A stretch of DNA of 37,428 bases, taken from the NCBI GenBank assembly GCA_030629775.1, contig DAOVOJ010000002.1, forward strand, positions 1 through 37,428, read 5' to 3'. The notes under the pieces were generated by a model. It did no database searches and was not told where the DNA came from. It was given only the letters and a program-made list of their open reading frames with translations. The DNA comes from Candidatus Moraniibacteriota bacterium (GTDB lineage: Bacteria > Patescibacteriota > Minisyncoccia > JAHIHE01 > DAOVOJ01). Positions 25,492 through 32,735 of this stretch are shown here, one piece after another. Position 1 is the first letter of the stretch. Each line of letters starts with the position of its first letter. The translations under genes were made by a program, and so were the position numbers.

Positions 25492-27012
25492 ATGTTTTCT
25501 AAAATAAATTCTTGCGCGGTTATCGGATTAGATTGTGAAAGGGTGGAAATTGAAATTGACGTTGGACATGGGATGGGAGGAATGATCATGGTTGGGTTGC
25601 CGGATGCGGCGGTGCAGGAATCAAAAGAAAGAGTCAGGTCGGCTCTCAAAAATTCCGGCGCGTCTTTTCCCGCCAGAACGACAGTTATCAATCTCGCGCC
25701 GGCTGATATTAGAAAAGAAGGTCCTGCCTATGATCTGCCAATCGCTATCGGTCTTTTAAAGTCGTCGGGGCAAATTAACAATGATTTGCAGGATAGCCTT
25801 TTTGTGGGGGAATTGGCTTTAGATGGCGCTCTGCGCCATACCAACGGCATTTTGCCGATTGTTATTTTTGCTCGTGATAAGGGCTTCAAAAGAGTTTATT
25901 TGCCTAAGATCAACTCTTTTGAAGCAAATTTAGTGGAGGGAGTAGAAATAATTCCGGTTGACAATTTAAAGCGTTTGATCCATCATTTGAAAGGAGTGGA
26001 AGAAATTAAGCCGGTTGACCCTCGGGATTTTAACGAACTGTCAAAAAAAGAGGATTTTGATGTTGATATGGCGTATGTCAAAGGGCAAGAGCATGTTAAG
26101 CGGGCGCTTGAAATTGCCGCCAGCGGAGGGCATAATGTTTTAATGAGTGGGCCTCCGGGAACGGGAAAGACTTTGCTTGCTCGGACAATTCCCACTATCT
26201 TGCCGCCGATGAGCAAGGAAGAAGCCTTGGAAGTGACCAAAATTTACAGCATTGCCGGAATACTTCCCAGCGACAAGCCATTTATTTCCGCGCGCCCTTT
26301 TCGCAGCCCGCACCATTCCGCCAGCGCCGTTTCTTTGGTTGGCGGAGGAAAATTTCCTCGTCCCGGAGAAATCAGCTTAGCTCACCGCGGGGTTTTGTTT
26401 CTGGACGAGCTGCCGGAATTTCCTCGCACGACTTTGGAAAATCTCCGCCAGCCTTTGGAGGACGGAGTTGTTACTATTTCCCGCGCTCAGGGCACGCTTA
26501 CTTTTCCGTCCAAATTCAGTTTGGTGGCCAGTATGAATCCTTGTCCCTGCGGATATTTAACTGATTCGGAAAAAGAATGCGTTTGCGCGCCAACTCAGGT
26601 TATTAAATACCAAAAGAAAATATCAGGACCTTTGCTGGATCGGATAGACTTGCATATTGAAGTGCCGAGAATTAAATTTGAAAAGTTGAGCAATGAAAAA
26701 TTGGCGGAACCGTCCGAGAATATCAGAAAGCGAGTGGAAAAAGCCAATGAAATTCAAATTAGGAGATTTAAAAAAGAAAAAATTTCTTCTAACTCGGAGA
26801 TGAGTTCTCGACAGGTGCGGGAATATTGTCGGGTTGACGATCAAACTTTGGGTTTGCTGAAAAACGCTATCAGCCAGTTCCAGCTTTCCGCCCGAGCCTA
26901 TTATCGCATTCTGAAGCTTGCCCGCACTATTGCCGATTTGAATAATAATGATAAAATCGAAATAGCCCATGTTGCCGAAGCGCTTCAATACCGCCCCAGA
27001 ACAGACGTGTAA
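25492..27012 (+). CDS. comM: YifB/ComM-family Mg-chelatase-like AAA+ ATPase
   Basis: An N-terminal Lon-protease-like region, Walker A GPPGTGKT, FLDELPEF and the C-terminal ARAYYRILKLARTIADL pattern. Confidence 0.9.
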   Translation: MFSKINSCAVIGLDCERVEIEIDVGHGMGGMIMVGLPDAAVQESKERVRSALKNSGASFPARTTVINLAPADIRKEGPAYDLPIAIGLLKSSGQINNDLQDSLFVGELALDGALRHTNGILPIVIFARDKGFKRVYLPKINSFEANLVEGVEIIPVDNLKRLIHHLKGVEEIKPVDPRDFNELSKKEDFDVDMAYVKGQEHVKRALEIAASGGHNVLMSGPPGTGKTLLARTIPTILPPMSKEEALEVTKIYSIAGILPSDKPFISARPFRSPHHSASAVSLVGGGKFPRPGEISLAHRGVLFLDELPEFPRTTLENLRQPLEDGVVTISRAQGTLTFPSKFSLVASMNPCPCGYLTDSEKECVCAPTQVIKYQKKISGPLLDRIDLHIEVPRIKFEKLSNEKLAEPSENIRKRVEKANEIQIRRFKKEKISSNSEMSSRQVREYCRVDDQTLGLLKNAISQFQLSARAYYRILKLARTIADLNNNDKIEIAHVAEALQYRPRTDV

Positions 27013-27076
27013 CGCAAAACGTGTAACGTATAACGCGAATAAGTTTATAATTTCGTTACACGTTACACGTTACATA
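27007..27076. repeat. GTAACG-word hairpin overlapping the comM stop codon
   Basis: gtgTAAcgcaaaacgtgtaacgtataacgcg ... cgttacacgttacacgttacat. Confidence 0.8.
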
Positions 27077-27080
27077 ATTT

Positions 27081-27154
27081 GGGCCATTAGCTCAGTTGGT
27101 TAGAGCGCGATCCTTATAAGGTCGATGTCCCTGGTTCAAGTCCAGGATGGCCCA
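27081..27154 (+). tRNA. tRNA-Ile with UAU anticodon
   Basis: Acceptor gggccat/atggccc is perfect. D arm gctc-agttggtta-gagc. Anticodon stem cgatc/ggtcg with loop CT-TAT-AA. T arm cctgg-ttcaagt-ccagg. The body resembles Ile tRNAs. Confidence 0.8.
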
Positions 27155-27232
27155 CAAAAATAATTGAAAGTCCATAAAGTCCGTAAAGTCAAATTAACTT
27201 TTAGAATTTAGGGCAGACACATAGGTCTGCCC

Positions 27233-28531
27233 TTACGAGTGTATTACAAACTCTAAATCCTTCTTTTCTCTTGCTTTGGCTGAATAATGAGCGGTTAATT
27301 GTTGGGCTTTTTTTATTGTCTCGTTTAAAATATTTTCGCCGCGGATTAGAGTGAGCGGTCCGGTGAAATCTTTGAGCTCTATTAAAATATCGTTTTCCTG
27401 AGCGATTTTTTTTATTTTTTTATTTTCCTCATCATTTCTTCCCACGACGATTAAAACATTTTCTTGCCAAAAATGGCGGCCCAGTTTAAGTAGTTCTAAA
27501 TCTGATAAAGTCGGATCTGGTTTTTTTTCTAATAATTTTTTTAAGCGTTCAGAAAAAGCATGATCGGTGAGTAGACATCCGCCGGCAGGGGAGGGGAATT
27601 TGGTAATTTTATATTTTTTTGCCAAGGCTAATTGTTCGCTTCTGCCCCGCCCGCGAATGGCTAAAAATTTGTCTCTTTCAACTAGCCCCATTTTTTCCGC
27701 CTTGGTAGGTTTTAATAATTTAGCCGACAAGGGACGCAAAAGCAAGCCTTCAAGGGAAGATTTTTTTTCAACTAATTCTAAAGCCGCTTTATTTTGGCTC
27801 ATTGGCCGTTCGCCCAGCACTTCGCCGGTGGCAATAAAGTCGCAGTCCTTTTCTTCCATTATTCTTTTCGCTTCTTTTAACATTGCAAGATGACAGTCTA
27901 TGCAGGGATTGAGATGCTTGCCGTAGCCGTAGCGCGGGTTTTTAACTATTTCAAGTTGTTTTTTGCTGAAATTAATTATTTCAAGATGAGATAGAGAACG
28001 AAAATTTTCGTTCCCTACATCATCATTTATAAAAACTGATTTAAAGTAAAGAGGAATCACTTTAACATTCTGTTCCTCCAATAATTTCAAAGCAAGAATT
28101 GAATCCAATCCGCCCGAGAAAAGGAGCAGGAAACAAAAATTTTCGTTCCTTACATAATTTCTTAACAAAAACAATCCCGCGGCAAAAATTCCAAGACTGT
28201 CCATAACAACATCTCGCAGACATCCTTCTCGTCCCGGAACAAAAGTCTGGTGGTATTCGTCGGTGAGGGAATAAATTAAAGCAAAAATTATAGCGGAGGA
28301 AACTGATTTTTTTCTGGAAAAACCGTTGCTTCTGAAATAAGCTCTAAACAAAAGAAAAGTCAGAATGGCGTATTCGGTAATGTGCGCCAGTTTGCGAAAT
28401 AATAGATCCACTTCAGAGGACAGGTCTGATTTTAAATAGGGTTGATCGGAGAAAAAATAAATTACCCCGCACCAGAACAGGACTGGAAGCCAGAGTTTGA
28501 AAATAATAATTGTTTTTTTATTGGAAGCCAT
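27233..28531 (-). CDS. Fusion protein: N-terminal VanZ-like membrane domain + C-terminal PP-loop ATP pyrophosphatase (ThiI/MnmA-like)
   Basis: N-terminal part: KLAHITEYAILTFLL and DEYHQTFVPGREGCLRDVVMDSLG (VanZ pattern). C-terminal part: LLFSGGLDS (SGGxDS PP-loop), NPCIDCH, ATGEVLGERPMSQ and LRPLSAKLL. Confidence 0.7.
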   Translation of the reverse strand: MASNKKTIIIFKLWLPVLFWCGVIYFFSDQPYLKSDLSSEVDLLFRKLAHITEYAILTFLLFRAYFRSNGFSRKKSVSSAIIFALIYSLTDEYHQTFVPGREGCLRDVVMDSLGIFAAGLFLLRNYVRNENFCFLLLFSGGLDSILALKLLEEQNVKVIPLYFKSVFINDDVGNENFRSLSHLEIINFSKKQLEIVKNPRYGYGKHLNPCIDCHLAMLKEAKRIMEEKDCDFIATGEVLGERPMSQNKAALELVEKKSSLEGLLLRPLSAKLLKPTKAEKMGLVERDKFLAIRGRGRSEQLALAKKYKITKFPSPAGGCLLTDHAFSERLKKLLEKKPDPTLSDLELLKLGRHFWQENVLIVVGRNDEENKKIKKIAQENDILIELKDFTGPLTLIRGENILNETIKKAQQLTAHYSAKAREKKDLEFVIHS

Positions 28532-28571
28532 AGTTGAGTATTAAGTATTAAGTATTAAGCGTTTAACGCTC

Positions 28572-28600
28572 TTACAATTTACCATAATCTATGCTAAAAT
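28572..28600 (+). promoter_or_regulatory. Candidate promoter for cca
   Basis: TTACAA, 17 nt ending TGc, then TAAAAT. Confidence 0.45.
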
Positions 28601-28622
28601 TCAAACAATAAGATAAAAAACT

Positions 28623-30101
28623 ATGATTAAAATACCGAAGGAAGTTCAATTTATTCTTGGAGAATTAGCCAAACATAATTTTGAAGGTTATGCCGTCGGT
28701 GGGTGCGCGCGGGATTTTTTATTAAATAAAGAGCCGAATGATTGGGATATTACCACCAATGCCCGTCCGGAAGAGATCCAGAAAATTTTTCCGGAAAGCA
28801 TTTATGAAAATCGATTCGGAACAGTGATGATAAAATCTTGGAATTTGGAACTTGGAACTTGGAACATAATTGAGGTGACCACTTACCGGGTTGATGAAAA
28901 ATATACCGACAAGAGGCATCCTGATGAAATTAAATTTGCCACTACACTGGAAGAGGATTTGGCGAGGAGAGATTTCACGGTCAATGCGATGGCGATGAAA
29001 AAAAAGGGTCAAAAGTCCATAAAGTCGAAAGTCCATAAAGTCGAAAGTTATGAAGTTATTGATTTGTTTGGCGGGCGGGAAGATTTGAAAAATAAACTTA
29101 TTCGGGCGGTGGGCGACCCGGAAAAGAGGTTTAACGAAGATGCTCTGCGAATGTTGCGGGCGGTGAGATTGGCGGTTAATTTAAACTTTACTATTGAAAA
29201 AAATACTTTCAAGGCGATCCAAAAAAACAGCCCGCTTTTAAAATTTGTTTCTCAGGAGAGAATCAGGGATGAGCTGATCAAAATTATTTTATCAGATCAG
29301 CCTGACGAAGGGATAGAGCTGCTTCGTGAGGCCAAGCTTTTGAGATTTATTCTTCCTGAACTGGAAAAAGGAATCGGTGTCGCTCAAAATCTTCACCATA
29401 TTCATACCATCTATCAGCATTTGATTTTATCGCTCAAGCATTGTCCGAGCAAAAAGTTGGAGACGCGTTTGGCGGCTTTATTCCATGATATTGCCAAACC
29501 GCAGGTCAAAAGGGGAGAAGGTCCCACCAGCACTTTTTATAATCATGATCTTGTCGGCGCTCGGATTACCAGAAAAATAATGCGGCGTTTAAGATTTTCC
29601 AATAGTATTATTGATAAAACGACTCTGCTGGTGAAAAATCATATGTTTTATTTTGATGTTGAAATTGTTTCGGAGGCCGGAGTGAGGCGTTTGCTCAAGC
29701 GGGTGGGCAGAGAAAATATGAAAGACTTAATGGATCTTCGCATTGCCGATCGGCTGGGAAGCGGAGTGCCGAAAGCCAAGCCCTACAAACTTCGTTATTT
29801 GGAATATCTGGTTCACAAAGTCAGCAAAGATCCGATTTCCGTCAAGACGCTAAAAATTGACGGCGGTGAAATAATGAAAATTTTGAACATCAAACCCGGT
29901 CCCGAGGTCGGCGCTATTCTTAATGTCCTGCTCGCGGAGGTCTTAGAAGATCCCGAAAAAAATGATAAAAAATATCTGACAAAAAAGATCAAGGAATTAA
30001 AAAATCTTGATTTAAAGGAAATCAAGAAATGTGAAAGAAAAATTAAAGAAAGGAAAGAAGAAGAGGATTTGAAAGACAAGCAGAAATTTTGGGTAAAATA
30101 G
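28623..30101 (+). CDS. cca: CCA-adding tRNA nucleotidyltransferase with HD domain
   Basis: GYAVGGCARD and DWDI head-domain motifs, RRDFTVNAMA, and the HD region LFHDIAKP. It carries two in-frame repeat-word tracts at 28840-28865 and 29008-29048. Confidence 0.85.
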   Translation: MIKIPKEVQFILGELAKHNFEGYAVGGCARDFLLNKEPNDWDITTNARPEEIQKIFPESIYENRFGTVMIKSWNLELGTWNIIEVTTYRVDEKYTDKRHPDEIKFATTLEEDLARRDFTVNAMAMKKKGQKSIKSKVHKVESYEVIDLFGGREDLKNKLIRAVGDPEKRFNEDALRMLRAVRLAVNLNFTIEKNTFKAIQKNSPLLKFVSQERIRDELIKIILSDQPDEGIELLREAKLLRFILPELEKGIGVAQNLHHIHTIYQHLILSLKHCPSKKLETRLAALFHDIAKPQVKRGEGPTSTFYNHDLVGARITRKIMRRLRFSNSIIDKTTLLVKNHMFYFDVEIVSEAGVRRLLKRVGRENMKDLMDLRIADRLGSGVPKAKPYKLRYLEYLVHKVSKDPISVKTLKIDGGEIMKILNIKPGPEVGAILNVLLAEVLEDPEKNDKKYLTKKIKELKNLDLKEIKKCERKIKERKEEEDLKDKQKFWVK

Positions 30102-30176
30102 CGTGTAACGTAAAACGCAAAACGTGTAACCCAAAAGTTTATTTTAGGTTACACGTTACACGTTTTGCGTTACACG
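30101..30176. repeat. GTAACG-word hairpin immediately after the cca stop
   Basis: gcgtgtaacgtaaaacgcaaaacgtgtaacc ... ggttacacgttacacgttttgcgttacacg, a near-perfect stem of about 30 bp. Confidence 0.85.
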
Positions 30177-30181
30177 ATTTG

Positions 30182-30254
30182 TGCCGAGGGGCGGACTTGA
30201 ACCGCCGACACAAGGATTTTCAGTCCTTTGCTCTACCAACTGAGCTACCTCGGC
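30182..30254 (-). tRNA. tRNA-Phe (anticodon GAA)
   Basis: Reverse complement: gccgagg-ta-gctc-agttggta-gagc-a-aagga-CT-GAA-AA-tcctt...ggcgg-ttcaagt-ccgcc-cctcggc-a. Confidence 0.85.
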
Positions 30255-30257
30255 ATA

Positions 30258-30385
30258 TAATATGGAACTTATAACTCATAACCTGGAACTTATAACCTGG
30301 AACTCATAACTTATGACTCATAACTTAGAACTTAATAATCTTATAAATAAGTTCCAAGTTTTAAATTCCAAGTTTCATGTTTCAT
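30258..30385. repeat. GGAACTT/ATAACTT-word imperfect hairpin
   Basis: ggaacttataactcataacctggaacttataacctggaactcataactt ... ataagttccaagttttaaattccaagtttcatgtttcat. Confidence 0.75.
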
Positions 30386-30388
30386 ATT

Positions 30389-30886
30389 TCAAGAACTCAT
30401 TGCTTTTTCTATTGCTTCTTTTTCTTCGTCGCTTAATTTATATTCTGATTCTTTATTTTTAATTGCTTTGGCGTAAATTCTAGTTCCTTCGCGGCCGAAT
30501 AGGCTGGAAATGGTTACTCCGCTGCCGGAATCATCCAATAAAGCGATAGCGAAGCTTTGATTGCCGCCGACTTCGCTAAAAGGATTGAACCGTACTACGC
30601 CGACTTTATGAATACTGCTTAACGAGAGATTGCGAGTGTCGCGGTTTTTAATTTCTAATTCTTTTAAGGCTTTGGAAGTTTCTTTGGTATTTTTAATTTG
30701 CTCATAAATAATTTCTTCTAAATCTCGCGCCTTAGAGCCCTCAAATAAACTTCTATTTTTTTGCTTAAGCGTTCTTAAATTTAAAGTAAGATAAATACTC
30801 CAAATTGTCAATGCCAGGAATAATAAAACAGTAATGATTAGCGCGGTTTCCTGATTGGCGGCAATGAATTGGATCATATTAGTCAT
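30389..30886 (-). CDS. DUF4446-like membrane-anchored protein
   Basis: A TM helix followed by VGVVRFNPFSEVGGNQSFAIALLDDSGSGVTISSLFGREGTRIYAK, which I recognise as the DUF4446 pattern. I moved the start to the ATG at 30886 because the listed TTG start at 30907 lies inside a repeat hairpin. Ends in TGA. Confidence 0.65.
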   Translation of the reverse strand: MTNMIQFIAANQETALIITVLLFLALTIWSIYLTLNLRTLKQKNRSLFEGSKARDLEEIIYEQIKNTKETSKALKELEIKNRDTRNLSLSSIHKVGVVRFNPFSEVGGNQSFAIALLDDSGSGVTISSLFGREGTRIYAKAIKNKESEYKLSDEEKEAIEKAMSS

Positions 30887-30953
30887 ATTAGTAGTATTAA
30901 GTATCAAGTATTAAGTATCAAGCGCTTGATACTTAATACTAGCCGCTTAATAC
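30878..30953. repeat. AGTATTAAGTATCAAG-word hairpin
   Basis: gtagtattaagtatcaagtattaagtatcaagcgcttgatacttaatact. Related arrays lie at 28533-28570, 34571-34615 and 35991-36056. Confidence 0.8.
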
Positions 30954-31105
30954 TGTCTCTTGGCGGGCTACATCGGACTGGAACCATGATTCCAGCAAAG
31001 TATATTAAGCTTTTTCAGTATACCATTCAATAGGGTCCTCGTGTACTTTTTACTTTAAGAAAGTAGCATTGAGAGGATTGGCCTTAGTTTTGTGTGTCGA
31101 GTGAA

Positions 31106-31681
31106 CTACATTTGAATACGAACCCAATCTTTGATATGCAATTTGAAACGTAATATTTCGTCCTCTTCTAAAATTGAGCTGTGCGCAATGGGCCTTCTCA
31201 GAACATTAAGTGTATTGAGTGTCTGTTTAACTGATTCCACACTGCGATATGTATCAGAAAAAATATCCCAATTTTCTTCAATTATATCAAATAGATCCTT
31301 AAAATCTGTATAATATATTGGCTCTTCTGAACGTTCTGAAAAGGGAGTGTCCTTTTCCTGTGTCCGTCTTACTTCCACCTTTCTTTTAACATTATCGGGC
31401 ACCTTAATTTCCCACCAATTTTCTCCGCTAATTTCTTTAAGTCTGTTGATAATGGTATTTCTGATTGAATTCTCAAGACAAAAATACAAATAATATAATT
31501 CTCCCATTTGTTTTGCTTGTTGCCTGATCTTTATCTCAAAAACCTCTGTATCGATAATTTCATCTCGTTTTAGGGTTTGAGAATGTCTTATATCAAGTCC
31601 ACTTTTTTCTAGGTCTGAGAGTTCAGATTCTAAAAGTAAATTTTGCACCCCGAATAATTTTAATCGTTTATCAAAAATCAT
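31106..31681 (-). CDS. Swt1-type HEPN domain protein (predicted RNase)
   Basis: Motifs LENSIRNTIINRL, GENWW and YYTDFKDLFDIIEENWDIF. The HEPN catalytic motif Rx4H is present as RRPIAH (residues 162-167, nt 31181-31198). Confidence 0.7.
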   Translation of the reverse strand: MIFDKRLKLFGVQNLLLESELSDLEKSGLDIRHSQTLKRDEIIDTEVFEIKIRQQAKQMGELYYLYFCLENSIRNTIINRLKEISGENWWEIKVPDNVKRKVEVRRTQEKDTPFSERSEEPIYYTDFKDLFDIIEENWDIFSDTYRSVESVKQTLNTLNVLRRPIAHSSILEEDEILRFKLHIKDWVRIQM

Positions 31682-31684
31682 ATA

Positions 31685-32317
31685 TTATTCGTTATCAATA
31701 ATATTTTTCTTCAAACTTTTGAATATCGCATCAAAAACTTTAATTTCGGTAGTAGCAGGCAAATTAAGATTTATCGTATAAGAAATACCAAATTTTACGT
31801 TATCTCCAGAAGAAATTTTTTTAGAGGGAATTGTCTCTTCTGTTTCGTTTTCCTTATCCTCACCTATATCTTCGGGAATATCTTCAAGCTCAAACGTTGC
31901 GTGTTTTTTTAACTCTATAAAAGTACCTACAACAGCGGTGAGTGACGTATCATTTTTTGACGCTCCTGTTCTTGTGGCAACTAGGTCAATAAGCTCTTGC
32001 TTTTGTAATTTTTGCGCATATTCATTTCCGTCATATAAATCTGAATATGCTTCTTTCATTGCTTTAGCCATTATAAAACCAGATTTACTATCTGAACGAA
32101 AATCTTTGTACCTTTGAGTTGGTACTCCTGATTGATCCAAAAATCCCAGACGTTTCAGAAAGGGGATCATTGGATGATAACTAGAAGATTTTAATCCTAG
32201 AACCATAGAAAGATAATCACGAGTGACTTTAGTAGGAACACTTGCGGTTTTTATTTTCTCAAGAAGCTTAGTAAGGCTTCCATAAGCATTAACAAAGGGG
32301 GGATATTTAGCTGACAT
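31685..32317 (-). CDS. DUF5343-like protein with acidic linker and short C-terminal module
   Basis: PPFVNAYGSLTKLLEKIKTASVPTKVTRDYL and FLKRLGFLDQSGVPTQRY resemble DUF5343. The stop lies 3 nt from the HEPN gene ATG. Confidence 0.6.
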   Translation of the reverse strand: MSAKYPPFVNAYGSLTKLLEKIKTASVPTKVTRDYLSMVLGLKSSSYHPMIPFLKRLGFLDQSGVPTQRYKDFRSDSKSGFIMAKAMKEAYSDLYDGNEYAQKLQKQELIDLVATRTGASKNDTSLTAVVGTFIELKKHATFELEDIPEDIGEDKENETEETIPSKKISSGDNVKFGISYTINLNLPATTEIKVFDAIFKSLKKNIIDNE

Positions 32318-32372
32318 AATTATTTAAATTAAGTTAATAAATAATACGTATGGTTTTTGTGCTAGCACGATG

Positions 32373-32461
32373 TGGCGGAGAGAGAGGGATTTGAACCCCC
32401 GGTCCGCAAAGCAGACAATGGTTTTCGAAACCATCCCGTTAAACCGCTCCGGCATCTCTCC
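32373..32461 (-). tRNA. tRNA-Ser (anticodon CGA), type II, with encoded CCA
   Basis: Reverse complement: ggagaga...atggt-TT-CGA-AA-accat, a long variable arm, T arm ggggg-ttcaaat-ccctc, acceptor tctctcc, then g-CCA. Confidence 0.85.
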
Positions 32462-32574
32462 AGTCGTGTGGGCGTATAATGTATAACATATAACGAAAAT
32501 CTAAATTCAGGTTACACATTCTACCTTTCTATTCTAAACCAAAAACAATATTCGTCAATGCGGGCGGACTTTGA

Positions 32575-32602
32575 TTGACAGATTGAGCAGACAGGCTAGA
32601 AT
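32575..32602 (+). promoter_or_regulatory. Candidate promoter for glmS
   Basis: TTGACA, 16 nt, then TAGAAT. Confidence 0.5.
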
Positions 32603-32620
32603 AAAAAGGGATGGTAAATG

Positions 32621-32695
32621 TTTTATAGACTTTACGACTTTATAGACTTTTGACTTTAATAACCCACCCCTAGCCTCTCTCAAGAGGGGAACAAT
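32621..32695. repeat. Composite module (reverse 9-mer array + right half of the palindromic element) upstream of glmS
   Basis: Sequence: ttttatagactttacgactttatagacttttgactttaataacccacccctagcctctctcaagaggggaacaat. It parallels 6222-6303 upstream of rpoB. Confidence 0.8.
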
Positions 32696-32735
32696 TGGTA
32701 AAAACCAGCAGACTTTAAATAATAACAATACAATT

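Noticed and set aside
30089-30274. 61-aa plus-strand ORF
   Set aside because: It runs through the GTAACG-word hairpin and the antisense strand of tRNA-Phe, so it is not coding.
32462-32735. glmS ribozyme upstream of glmS
   Set aside because: I could not find the conserved glmS ribozyme core segments. The leader is instead occupied by a promoter-like box and the composite repeat module. A covariance-model scan would be needed for certainty.
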